Below are positions 1-9,224 of a DNA stretch of 50,879 nt, one piece after another. Both the position numbers and the translations under genes were made by a program. Below the pieces are notes generated by a model, which saw only the letters and a list, made by a program, of their open reading frames with translations, was not told the origin of the DNA and did not search any database. The DNA is from Polyangiaceae bacterium (lineage in GTDB: Bacteria > Myxococcota_A > Polyangia > Polyangiales > Polyangiaceae): assembly GCA_033763455.1 (NCBI GenBank), contig JANRKO010000084.1, positions 1-50,879 on the forward strand. Reading direction: 5' to 3'. How positions within the stretch are numbered: the first letter of the stretch is position 1; every line of letters begins with the position of its first letter.

Positions 1-140
1 ACATCGAGAACTACTACAACGCGAAGCGGCGCCATTCGGCCGCAGGAAACCAATCCCCCATCAACTTCGAGCTGGCGTATTCCGCTCAGCTTGCGGCATA
101 ATCACATCAACAATCTGTCCGGAAAATCCGGGAAACTCCA
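1..140 (+). mobile_element. IS3-family insertion sequence, right end (transposase C-terminus plus right inverted repeat), truncated by the window edge
   Basis: Frame 3 (3..101) reads IENYYNAKRRHSAAGNQSPINFELAYSAQLAA*, the typical IS3 OrfB end (YIE.YYN..R.HS.LG..SP..FE). It is followed by ctgtccggaaaatccgggaaactcCA (115-140), an IS3-type right end finishing in CA. Confidence 0.85.
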
Positions 141-353
141 CTGCGCACTTTCCTGTTTTGCTGGGAAACAAGGAGATATCGTTGCCGCACTTGAAGTGTT
201 TGCGTGCGCGGTTGCTAGGTGTCCGAATGGGTGCGCCGGGCTATAGTTATCGCGGCCTTCGGCAATGAGCTCATTGCACAAGCCACGAGACCGCTTGATG
301 GACCACGGAATGTTCGGGCTGGTCCAGAGAAAAAGGGGAGGGCGAGGGGGGCC

Positions 354-659
354 TTACGCAGCCCGACGGAAGGTGATCTTTGCCGAGACGCCGAGCGCGC
401 CGAGAACGCGGAGCATCAGATCATTCGAAATGTCTTTGGTGTTTCGATTGAATAGGGCGGTGATTCGCGTTCGCGAAGTACCAGCCAGCGCGGCTACCTG
501 TCCGTGAGTCAAGCCACGCCTCTCAATCACCTGAATGACTTTAGCGTTGAGCGCGCTCCGTACCGCAATCTCGATACCCTCCGGACGCTCAAGCCCAAGC
601 ACCTCGGCGAGGTCACCGGCCGTTCGTGCCACGATAGCTTTGATTCTTCTCTTCTTCAA
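354..659 (-). CDS. XRE-family helix-turn-helix protein (HigA-like antitoxin, HTH_37 type)
   Basis: 101 aa. GLTHGQVAALAGTSRTRITALFN...ISNDLMLRVLGALG is an XRE HTH. Start codon (TTG) uncertain. Confidence 0.75.
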   Translation of the reverse strand: MKKRRIKAIVARTAGDLAEVLGLERPEGIEIAVRSALNAKVIQVIERRGLTHGQVAALAGTSRTRITALFNRNTKDISNDLMLRVLGALGVSAKITFRRAA

Positions 660-970
660 GCGCGAGCGGCGCGAGTAAGTGATCGGAATTGCCCCATGGT
701 TGTTGGGGTGTCCACTGAGCAGGGCGCTGGCTGGTCCTCCAGCGGGCTCGCCACCAGTCCCAGACAGGCTGGTTGGCCCCCCGTTGCGGCAGCCCCCCCG
801 GTGGCACCCCCGTTGCCAGTACTGCCGGGGAACGGAAACGGGTCAAATGAGCCGTTCGCAGCACCAGCCGCTCCAACTCCTCCTTCGGACTCAGAACCGT
901 CGTTACAGGCGCTGGACGTGGCGAGCAGGAAGGCAAGGAACCATAAGCACGTAGGTAGCGGAATTTTCAT
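656..970 (-). pseudogene. Truncated lipoprotein N-terminus (signal peptide, lipobox and Gly-rich linker only)
   Basis: MKIPLPTCLWFLAFLLATSSA-C, then a G/A/T-rich linker and only about 30 aa before the stop. No full domain follows. Confidence 0.45.
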
Positions 971-1080
971 CGGATCAAAGACGCTCAACCTTCGCCCAGT
1001 ATTCACGCTCATGCGGGCGACCGTTGCACGTTCGAGGTCGACACCTATGAACCCGGTGGACGTGGACCACGACGCGCACT

Positions 1081-1308
1081 CTGCTCGGCGCACGCTCAAT
1101 GGGCATCGATTTAACGGAGAGCTTGGCCATGACGCCCGCCGCAAGCGTGAGCGGCATCTACCTGGGCCACCCGAAATCTCAGTATTTTTCCGTAGGAAAG
1201 CTCGGAAAAGACCCGTTGGACTCGTACGCGGCGCGAAAAGGGATGACCATTGCTGAGGTAGAAGAGTGGCTTGGCCCGAACCTCGGGTATGAGCCGGAAC
1301 GAAGCTGA
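1081..1308 (+). pseudogene. metH: C-terminal remnant of B12-dependent methionine synthase (activation domain)
   Basis: GIDLTESLAMTPAASVSGIYLGHPKSQYFSVGKLGKD...YAARKGM...EEWLGPNL matches the MetH C-terminus. The roughly 1100 upstream codons are absent. Confidence 0.85.
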
Positions 1309-1316
1309 GAGATTTC

Positions 1317-3299
1317 ATGAAGTGGATTCGGGTCGCGGCAGCCAGCCTCAACCAAACACCGCTCGATTGGCAGCATAACCGCGATAATATTCTCGGTGCG
1401 ATCGCTGAAGCACGCGCCGAGGGTGCCAGTGTCTTGTGTTTGCCAGAGCTCTGCATCACAGGCTACGGCTGCGAAGATGCATTCTTGTCACCGAACACTC
1501 TCCGCACTGCAGAGGCGGTGCTCCTAGAGATCTTGCCCCACACCCAGGGGCTCCTCGTGAGCCTCGGGTTACCCATTGCTCACAATAAGGCCATCTACAA
1601 CGCCTGCTGTTTGGTGGCGGATGGGAAGGTGGTGGGCCTCTCTGCCAAGCGAGCGCTCGCTGGCGACGGCATTCACTATGAGCCGCGCTGGTTCAAAGCG
1701 TGGCCACGCGGCGCACGCTCGCTGCACACGTTGGGTGGCCAAGAGGTGCCTCTCGGGGATTTCGTGTTTGAGTGCGACGGTGTGCGGCTTGGTTTTGAAA
1801 TCTGTGAGGATGCCTGGATTGCTGAGCGGCCGGGTGCGGAGCTCGCACTCGACGCAGCCGATATTATCTTAAATCCTAGCGCGAGCCATTTTGCCTTCGG
1901 AAAGCACGAAGTGCGGCGGCGCCTCGTGCTTGAGGGTTCACGCACGTTTGGCGTGGCGTACGTGTACGCGAATTTGCTCGGCAACGAAGCGGGTAGAGCG
2001 GTTTACGACGGTGATACGCTGATCGCTTCTGCGGGCAGCCTGTTGGCGCGGGGCTCCAGGTTTTCGTTCGCAGATCGGCAGCTCATCTACGCCAATGTGG
2101 ATGTGGAGTTGAATGGGAGCCAGCGCTCGCGGCTTGCTAGCTACTCACCGCACGCCGAAGTGCATGCGCTGTGTTTTGACTTTAAGTTCCCAGAGGTGGC
2201 ACCGCGGGCAATAGTTGGGCACACACGGGCGGAGTGGGAAAGCGGCTCTCACGTTAAGGAAGAAGAGTTCACTCGCGCCGTTGCGTTGGCGCTTTTCGAT
2301 TACGTGAGGAAGAGCCGCTCTTCCGGCGTCGTTGTCTCGCTGAGCGGTGGGGCTGATTCGGCGGCAGTAGCCCTGCTCTCGCGCTTCATGTTGGATTTGG
2401 CGGCCGCTGAGCTCGGGATGCCTGGCCTGCGAGCGAAGCTTTCGCATGTTGTGGGGGTTGAGCTCTTATCCACCGTGGATGAAGCCGCTACTCGGCTCAT
2501 CACCACAGCTTACCAAGCAACCGAAAATAGCGGCGAAGTTACCCGAAAAGCGGCCAAATCGGTGGCGGAAGCCATTCACGCGGAGCACCTGGAGTTGGAC
2601 GTGCAGCGGCTTGTTGAAGGTTACCTCGCGCTTGCCGAAGGGGCGCTCTCCCGAAAGCTCACTTGGGAAAAAGACGATCTTGCCTTGCAAAATATTCAAG
2701 CTCGCGTCCGAGCTCCGAGCGTTTGGTTGCTTGCAAACGTAAAGCAGGCGCTGCTCCTGGCTACGAGCAACCGATCGGAGGCGGCCGTGGGTTACGCCAC
2801 TATGGACGGCGATACAGCCGGAGGTTTGAGCCCCATCGCTGGCATCGATAAGGCATTTCTGCGCACCTGGTTAGAATGGGTTCAGAACATAGGTCCATCA
2901 TCCTTGTATCGGGTGCCAGCGCTTTCGGCCGTAACAGTGCAGGCGCCCACAGCTGAGCTCCGCCCCCACGCGCAGCATCAAACCGACGAAACGGATCTGA
3001 TGCCGTACGAAGTGCTCGACGCGATTGAGCGCGCCGCCATTCGCGACAAGCGTTCGCCGCTGGAGTGTTATCAGCTCCTCAACGTCAGCTTTCCGCGATA
3101 TCAGAAGGAGCTGGGCCTTTGGGTGCCGAGGTTTTTCCGCTTGTGGAGCCGAAATCAGTGGAAACGCGAGCGTTATGCACCCTCTTTTCACTTGGATGAC
3201 GCTAATTTAGATCCGAAAACCTGGTGCCGATTTCCGATCTTATCCGGTGGGTTCGAGCGAGAGTTGGAGGAGCTGCGGCTCTATTTGGAGCTCAACTAG
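1317..3299 (+). CDS. nadE: Glutamine-dependent NAD+ synthetase
   Basis: N-terminal nitrilase/glutaminase domain (LPELCITGY, K, EICED) plus synthetase domain (SLSGGADS, QNIQARVR, SNRSEAAVGYATMDGD, NQWKR). Confidence 0.95.
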   Translation: MKWIRVAAASLNQTPLDWQHNRDNILGAIAEARAEGASVLCLPELCITGYGCEDAFLSPNTLRTAEAVLLEILPHTQGLLVSLGLPIAHNKAIYNACCLVADGKVVGLSAKRALAGDGIHYEPRWFKAWPRGARSLHTLGGQEVPLGDFVFECDGVRLGFEICEDAWIAERPGAELALDAADIILNPSASHFAFGKHEVRRRLVLEGSRTFGVAYVYANLLGNEAGRAVYDGDTLIASAGSLLARGSRFSFADRQLIYANVDVELNGSQRSRLASYSPHAEVHALCFDFKFPEVAPRAIVGHTRAEWESGSHVKEEEFTRAVALALFDYVRKSRSSGVVVSLSGGADSAAVALLSRFMLDLAAAELGMPGLRAKLSHVVGVELLSTVDEAATRLITTAYQATENSGEVTRKAAKSVAEAIHAEHLELDVQRLVEGYLALAEGALSRKLTWEKDDLALQNIQARVRAPSVWLLANVKQALLLATSNRSEAAVGYATMDGDTAGGLSPIAGIDKAFLRTWLEWVQNIGPSSLYRVPALSAVTVQAPTAELRPHAQHQTDETDLMPYEVLDAIERAAIRDKRSPLECYQLLNVSFPRYQKELGLWVPRFFRLWSRNQWKRERYAPSFHLDDANLDPKTWCRFPILSGGFERELEELRLYLELN

Positions 3300-3302
3300 G
3301 CC

Positions 3303-3767
3303 ATGGAGCCGCCCACAGCGCCCGAGCCATTCAAGGTGTGGACCAACGACCGCGGTGAAGCGGGGTTTCTCCACGGGACGAAGGCAGATTTAGAGCCGGG
3401 GGATCTCATCGAGCCCGGGCGCAGATCGAACTACGGCAACAGGGACAACGCTGCCTTCGTGTACCTTACCTCGACGTTGGATGCCGCAACGTGGGGCGCC
3501 GAGTTGGCTATCGGCGATGGCCGCGGCCGCATCTACATCGTCGAGCCGACCGGCCCATTCGAGGACGATCCGAACCTCACCGACAAGAAGTTCCCGGGCA
3601 ACCCGACTAAATCTTACCGCACGCGGGCTCCGCTTCGGGTCACCGGGGAAATCACCGATTGGAAGGGCCACGCGCCCGAGCAGTTGCAAGCGATGAAAGA
3701 CGGCCTCGCACGTCTCGCGGCGCAGGGCGTCGAGGCCATCAACACGGTGAAGCCTGGGAGCGGGTGA
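3303..3767 (+). CDS. arr: NAD(+)-rifampin ADP-ribosyltransferase
   Basis: FLHGTKADL, SNY, VYLT, WGAELA, RIYIVEPTGPFEDDPNLTDKKFPGNPTKSYRT and DWKGH are the Arr signature. The catalytic H/Y/D residues are present. Confidence 0.93.
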   Translation: MEPPTAPEPFKVWTNDRGEAGFLHGTKADLEPGDLIEPGRRSNYGNRDNAAFVYLTSTLDAATWGAELAIGDGRGRIYIVEPTGPFEDDPNLTDKKFPGNPTKSYRTRAPLRVTGEITDWKGHAPEQLQAMKDGLARLAAQGVEAINTVKPGSG

Positions 3768-3906
3768 GGTTGGGGAACGTGCAACAGAGCCGAGTGGTTG
3801 CGAGTTGCCCTGCCGTCTTACGTTAGAGCCTTTTGGATGACAGCCTCGTGGGCAGAGTCCGAGCCGAAAGCAGCCTGCGCCTCGGGTCTTTCTGAAGCGC
3901 TACACG

Positions 3907-4761
3907 CTAACGACAGGATTGAACAGCAATGGCATCGGCACCGTTGCAGTAGCGAATGTCAGCTGATTGACCACAAGCCGGGACCGAACTTTGGAGCCAA
4001 CAGTTGCAACACGTATTGTCTCGCGAATAGAGCGCCGTGTACTCAGGCTCGTGCGCCCCGTCGCAGTTAAAGTCGAACGAAAAACTGCTCGGAGAGGCGT
4101 TGCTAAAATACGAAGTTTGCCCTTTGAAAACCAGCGGATCCGCATCATCGCAGTCGCCGTCGCAGCCTCGCACGTTGTCCCCATCCCCATCATTGCAGCA
4201 GCCGGCCGAACATTCCGAGCACGTCTGCTCCCTGATGCGACCGTTCAACGTACAGTAGATCGCCTTGGTTCCCTCGCACCGGTTCACGAAGGTTCTAGGG
4301 TCACATTGAAAACACCCCACAACCCCGGTTTCTTCGATGTGAACACATGAGGTTCCGGCGTCTAGGCAGGGCCTCAAATCCACCTTGCCGTATTGGCAGA
4401 GAACGCGATCCGGTCCTTGGCAGCCGATCATTTTCTGAGCATCGACGGGTTGGCACTCCGGCTGAGCACCGCTGGTGCCTCCCGAGCCATTCCCTGATCC
4501 GCTTGTTCCACCCGAAGCTATACTGCCAGTTTGTCCACCACTCGCCCCGGGAGTGCTGCCCCCTTGGCCTCCGGTCGGACTATTTTTGCTACCACCGTTG
4601 GTGCCCCCCATAGACGCGTTCCCTCCCCCGGCTGTTGCTCCCCCTGAACCTGGCAGAGAAGGGCTCGACGCGGAGCCCCCCGCGCACCCGACCGCAAGCA
4701 GCGCGCCTAGAACAATCGTTGTGGAAACCTTCAATTGCCGAAATCTTGCTAGGTGAGTCAT
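3907..4761 (-). CDS. Cys-rich lipoprotein with a MopE-like putative metal-binding motif
   Basis: Lipobox LAVG-C, Gly/Ser linker, many Cys, and DGDGDNVRGCDGDCDDADP...FDFNCDG. Start set at ATG 4761. Confidence 0.7.
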   Translation of the reverse strand: MTHLARFRQLKVSTTIVLGALLAVGCAGGSASSPSLPGSGGATAGGGNASMGGTNGGSKNSPTGGQGGSTPGASGGQTGSIASGGTSGSGNGSGGTSGAQPECQPVDAQKMIGCQGPDRVLCQYGKVDLRPCLDAGTSCVHIEETGVVGCFQCDPRTFVNRCEGTKAIYCTLNGRIREQTCSECSAGCCNDGDGDNVRGCDGDCDDADPLVFKGQTSYFSNASPSSFSFDFNCDGAHEPEYTALYSRDNTCCNCWLQSSVPACGQSADIRYCNGADAIAVQSCR

Positions 4762-5127
4762 CTGTCGAAGCTTTTCGAGTCTAACAGCGTACGCCACTCG
4801 GCACACCCGCACTTTGACGGAAACCGAACGAAAGTATTCAACTCGTGGCCGAAATTGTGCCTATTTTAGCGCTCAACGCTCGGGGGAAAGGAGCGTAGCC
4901 TTGCTATCCCTCTGTTCAACCCGAAGAAGAATCACCGAGAGTTCGGATGTAATTGCTTCAGATTAACGGCTGGGAGATTCTGGGCTCCGGTGGAGCGGCG
5001 ACTGGTTGAGGCCTTCGAGCCGCAGCTTCCACGTAGCCAACGGGTGGGAGGGTGTGCGAACTCGAGGCTACCGCAAAGACCGATGGAGGTGCCGCGATGC
5101 ACACGCAGGGTGCGACCAAGGAGAAGC

Positions 5128-6495
5128 TCAACCCAATAGCTCGGTCAACCCTCCACCTGAGTATTGAGTGTCACCAAAGGTCTCGCCGGGAATGCCGAGG
5201 GCTTTTTGCACGGAAACCCATAGGTCCGCTTGGCTGCGGTTCCTCGAGTCACGGCCTGTCGTCACTTTGCCCGAGTCATTACCGTAGAAGGGGTACTGGA
5301 TGTATTGGCCCAACTTAACGCCAAGGTTCTTTCCGCCAGCCACTAGCATCACGAAATCGTTTTGGTTGTGCTCTTCGGAAATTTCCGTTGCCCAGACCAC
5401 AACGGTGTCATCAAGCACGCCTCGAGCTGACAACGAATCGAGTGTGTACTTGAAGCGCTCCGCGTACCAGGCATCAATCTTTGGCCACTGCGCGCTTGAA
5501 TCCGGGGCCTCGTAGTGAGACACCTGGTGGTGATTCCCTCCGCCTTGGTTTGGGTTGATGCCGTCTGAAGCAGGTTGCCAGAATAGCGTGGCTGAACGAC
5601 GAAGCCCGCATGCGAATGATGTGGAAATGAGATCCACCATCGTTTCCCCTTGGCCCTTAAGGTTAGCCACTTCGTTGGGGTCCTGTTGCGCTTGGGCTCG
5701 CGCTTGTAGCCCCGCTATGTCGCATACGGCGGTCGACGGCGTTGGTCCAGGCCCAACGCTTCCAGGAGCAATTGCAACGCGTTTCTCCACTTCGCGCAAG
5801 GCGTCAAGATGAAGATCGATCTTCGCCTGGTCAGCGGTCGATAAGCGTGCCCTGAAGGTCGAAAGGTCGTCCCGCACGAAGTCTAGGACACTTTTGTTCT
5901 GAGCATACTTTGGGTCCGGAGCGGTAGTTGTGCTCGTCGGCGTCGGGTTGGGCGTCGTGAGCCCTGAGAAGACGCTGTCGAACACGGCGCTTGGGCTCTT
6001 GACGTGTGGCTCGAAGGCGTTGGCAGCGACCCAGCTTATCTTGGTTTGCCAGTTGGGCGCATCATTGAATTTCTCAACAGCGAGCGTGAGAGGCCGACCG
6101 CCGAAATGCTTGGCCACAACTTGATCAATCGATGGGCCGTAGCCTTTGTAAAGATCGTTACCGCTTACGCAAGTGAGGATCTTGACGCAATCTTCATGAC
6201 TCGACTTATCAGACGCGGATTTGTTGCACAGCCCGCGTATCACCGTGATCTTGTCGCGATGATTGTTGAGCGTTTGAAGTGAAGGCAAGAATGAATATGC
6301 CGAGCCGGGATTGGTCGCTCCAAACTGGCTGCGCTTGAAGCCGTTGGGCGTAAAGAACACCAGCAAGTTGCCGTTGGCTGCCCCCGCTCCCAGCGAAAGC
6401 CTGAGGCGCGAGAGAGGGGCCAAGAGTGCCAGCCCGGCTCCGATTCCAGAAAGTAATTGTCGACGCTTCATATGGCCTTTAGGGGTTCTGTTCAT
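5128..6495 (-). CDS. DUF1552 (HXXSHH) family protein, Tat-exported
   Basis: Twin-Arg signal KRRQLL; FFTPNG, SIDQVVA, SVLD, DQAKIDLHLDALREVE, HHQVSH. 4-bp overlap with the upstream DUF1592 gene. Confidence 0.88.
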   Translation of the reverse strand: MNRTPKGHMKRRQLLSGIGAGLALLAPLSRLRLSLGAGAANGNLLVFFTPNGFKRSQFGATNPGSAYSFLPSLQTLNNHRDKITVIRGLCNKSASDKSSHEDCVKILTCVSGNDLYKGYGPSIDQVVAKHFGGRPLTLAVEKFNDAPNWQTKISWVAANAFEPHVKSPSAVFDSVFSGLTTPNPTPTSTTTAPDPKYAQNKSVLDFVRDDLSTFRARLSTADQAKIDLHLDALREVEKRVAIAPGSVGPGPTPSTAVCDIAGLQARAQAQQDPNEVANLKGQGETMVDLISTSFACGLRRSATLFWQPASDGINPNQGGGNHHQVSHYEAPDSSAQWPKIDAWYAERFKYTLDSLSARGVLDDTVVVWATEISEEHNQNDFVMLVAGGKNLGVKLGQYIQYPFYGNDSGKVTTGRDSRNRSQADLWVSVQKALGIPGETFGDTQYSGGGLTELLG

Positions 6496-8189
6496 GGCAC
6501 GATGGTCCTTCGGTAGAAGCTGTCATTTTCTGTGTAGAGCGCACCAAGGTCCGTGACTCTATGACCCACAGTAGCGAAGCGCCCTGCAACCTGCTGGACG
6601 GCGCAGGAGTTTTCTGGGGTATTCCAATTGCGCCCAGTCGTAAAACTTAGGTAGCGAGTAACAAAGCAATCTTGCCCCGTCTTACTAGCCGCGACTCGTT
6701 GGCTGAGCTCAACCGCGTTGGCAAATGCGCCGTCTGCGTCTCCAGCACCCACGATCTGTCCGCTTGGGTCAATCTGTCGGCCCGCAGCATTTTGAGTGCG
6801 AAAGCGCCCCAGCTCATCAAAGGAATCAAACGCAATACCAAGAGGCTGAAAAGTTGAGTGACAGCCGGCACACGCAGTTACCTGCTGGAAGTTCACCCAC
6901 CTCTCCTGCTCCGTGGCATTAGGGTCCGGGCCCTTCAGGGTATCTGTTTGAGCACTGGCTCCTGGCGGAGGGTCCGGGATGAAGCCACAGAGGAAACCTT
7001 CTTTGATCAACCGGCCACGATGAATCGGCCCCAATCTAGCGGAAAGGAAGCCTAGCTGCGTAAACAGGCCAGCACGTTGTGTGGGATCGAGAGCGACTTC
7101 AGTGAAGCCCGTACCCGAGGCGCTCTTTCCGTAAAGGGGGGCGAGCGAGGCATCAACAAACGTTCTTGGCGTGGAGAGTAAGTCCTGGAAGGTTCCGCCT
7201 TTCTCCCAGACTATTCGGTTGGAAAAGGCCAACGCTTCTCCCACCATGCTGGGCCCGAGGGCTGCGTCTGGCCCCGTTAGCCTCAATGCCAACTCCTCCA
7301 AGTGAAGGTACTGACGGAAGAATGTTTCCATCTTTTGTTTTGCTCGAGGCTTGGCAAGCACAGCTCGCGCGAGCTGGCTTACTAGCGCTGGCGTTGCAAA
7401 GTCTCCGCGTGCCTTCGCTGCAAGCACATCTGCGTCTGGCGGTCCATCCGTGAGGGCGTACGAAAGCTGTGTTGCGAGCTCGTCGGGCGTCAGAGCTACG
7501 CTTCCCGAATTGGCATTGCCTAGCTCGGAGAGGTAGAGAAAGTGAGGTGAACTGAGGACTGCCTCCATCACCATCCTTACGGCGACCTCGCCGCCGTAGG
7601 TCGTTTCCTGGGCGCGGAAGAAGGCCCTGTAGCGGTCTGCTTCTGAAGGCTCTACCGCCCGGCGGAATGCGCTTGCTCCAAACTCTTTTATGAAGGTAGC
7701 GAAGCAAGCGTCTGTTGCAGGTGGAGTAAAGAGGCACCCATGGTTCGTGCGCACGTCCGCCAAACGCTGAGTGGCAGCGGCCTTCCCAGTGTCGAAGTAG
7801 ACATCTGCAAGCGCCTGGGTGACGTAATTGCTGCTCGAGTCGTTGCTGAAGCCGGTAAGCTGGCTTATTCCGTCCTTCGGCATTACGTTCTCATCGACGC
7901 TAAAGCCAACAACGTCTGATACGGAGTTGCCGTATTGCTCCGAAGACAGCCGCCAAATGCGGGTTGGAGGCGGAGTGATAGTTGAGCAGTCCGCACCGGT
8001 TCCTGGTGTCCCCGGTGTTCCTGGTGTCCCCGGCGCTCCAGGCGTCCCCGTAGAAGACGTCGAACCACCCACCATTGTGTTCGTTCCAGCTGGCCCCGCG
8101 GCTGTTCCTTGTCCTGGTAACTCCGCCGAGCACCCTAGAAAAACGGTTACGCCGATCGCCGTGAAGGCTCGCCTCGCAAGTGAACTCAT
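6492..8189 (-). CDS. DUF1587/1595/1592/1588/1585 (PSD/PSCyt) c-type cytochrome lipoprotein
   Basis: Lipobox FLG-C; RLSSEQYGNSV, AFRR, SPHFLY, ELATQLSY, RAGLFTQ, heme motif CAGCH, FDELGRFR. Confidence 0.88.
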   Translation of the reverse strand: MSSLARRAFTAIGVTVFLGCSAELPGQGTAAGPAGTNTMVGGSTSSTGTPGAPGTPGTPGTPGTGADCSTITPPPTRIWRLSSEQYGNSVSDVVGFSVDENVMPKDGISQLTGFSNDSSSNYVTQALADVYFDTGKAAATQRLADVRTNHGCLFTPPATDACFATFIKEFGASAFRRAVEPSEADRYRAFFRAQETTYGGEVAVRMVMEAVLSSPHFLYLSELGNANSGSVALTPDELATQLSYALTDGPPDADVLAAKARGDFATPALVSQLARAVLAKPRAKQKMETFFRQYLHLEELALRLTGPDAALGPSMVGEALAFSNRIVWEKGGTFQDLLSTPRTFVDASLAPLYGKSASGTGFTEVALDPTQRAGLFTQLGFLSARLGPIHRGRLIKEGFLCGFIPDPPPGASAQTDTLKGPDPNATEQERWVNFQQVTACAGCHSTFQPLGIAFDSFDELGRFRTQNAAGRQIDPSGQIVGAGDADGAFANAVELSQRVAASKTGQDCFVTRYLSFTTGRNWNTPENSCAVQQVAGRFATVGHRVTDLGALYTENDSFYRRTIVP

Positions 8190-8232
8190 GCCAAGTGAGA
8201 CGCCGGAGGGATATCGCTTGAGCTAAAAAAGA

Positions 8233-9141
8233 TTAAAGTTCGTGAGCCATCCAGAGGCTGAGGCCTATCGCCATCCAATCAGGGCCGAAGCGACGGCTAC
8301 CGTCGAGCTGAACCGCTGGTGTTAATGGGTAGAAAGTAACTTCTGGCCCAAGCTCAAGGCGAACTCCGTGAAGCATGAAATTGCCCCTAATAGCAACAGG
8401 ACCTGCAACGGCCCATGTCTGCGCGCGAGCTGGGGAGAATGCCTCAGGTGGGGACACGGAGATGCGCAGTGTTTCTGCCCCTGTGGAAAGCGTTAGCGGG
8501 TGGAGGCCTCGGTATTGAACAGTAGCCCCGAAAAGAAGCCCTTCGGCATCCACACCAGCCCCTGTCTTGACGGTCGTAAATACTCCCGCAAGAGCTGCCA
8601 GTTGCACCTGATCGGTGCCCCAAGCGAGGGCGAGGCGTGGTCCCGCGAGTAGTGCTCGACCTGTGGACCAATATTCAGCACTCACTCCGGCAGCGGCGTT
8701 CCATCGTCTTCGAAGCCGTGGACTCTCTGCTACCCGAAACGCTAAAAATTTACCTGTCACACGGCCGGCAACCGTTTCCGTTTCTGGTGCGGAAAGCTCC
8801 CAAACAGCAGAAAGGAGATGATCGACAAATAGTCCGGCATCGGGCTCAACTGGCAGTGTGCTGGTGCGCACGCGGGAGGGCGACTCCGTCAGCTTTAGGT
8901 ACGCACGAGCATCGTCACAGCTGATCTCGAGGACACCTTGAACTCGTCTGAGCGTAAGTTCGACCAGGGCGCGAGCTTCAAGTGCTGCACGGTTCTCGGC
9001 GTCCTGATTCAAAATGGGACAATCGACCGTAACCGCGACTTGTGGCTTCTTCACTTGCGCGTGGGCAAAGCCAGGACATCCTAAGACCAGCCACACCATT
9101 GCCGACTGGCAGACAGGCAGGATCCCGCTCAGGTTCGGCAC
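8233..9141 (-). CDS. Secreted/outer-membrane hypothetical protein, divergent from the ECF sigma
   Basis: Signal-like N-terminus ending AHA-Q; the C-terminal half has alternating beta-strand character. Start uncertain (9099, 9141 or 9225). Confidence 0.6.
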   Translation of the reverse strand: MPNLSGILPVCQSAMVWLVLGCPGFAHAQVKKPQVAVTVDCPILNQDAENRAALEARALVELTLRRVQGVLEISCDDARAYLKLTESPSRVRTSTLPVEPDAGLFVDHLLSAVWELSAPETETVAGRVTGKFLAFRVAESPRLRRRWNAAAGVSAEYWSTGRALLAGPRLALAWGTDQVQLAALAGVFTTVKTGAGVDAEGLLFGATVQYRGLHPLTLSTGAETLRISVSPPEAFSPARAQTWAVAGPVAIRGNFMLHGVRLELGPEVTFYPLTPAVQLDGSRRFGPDWMAIGLSLWMAHEL

Positions 9142-9224
9142 GCATGGCGCGAAAATTTTCCGCTCATCCGCTAACACTCCGGCATCAAAGTACACTGGAA
9201 CACACACCTTCGCCTGGAAAATCA

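Noticed and set aside
504..1459. Long ORFs 504-1256(+) and 656-1459(-)
   Set aside because: They span unrelated remnants and overlap metH/nadE. Only 656-970 looks like real coding sequence.
7995..8050. PGT/PGA repeats
   Set aside because: Ordinary low-complexity lipoprotein linker.
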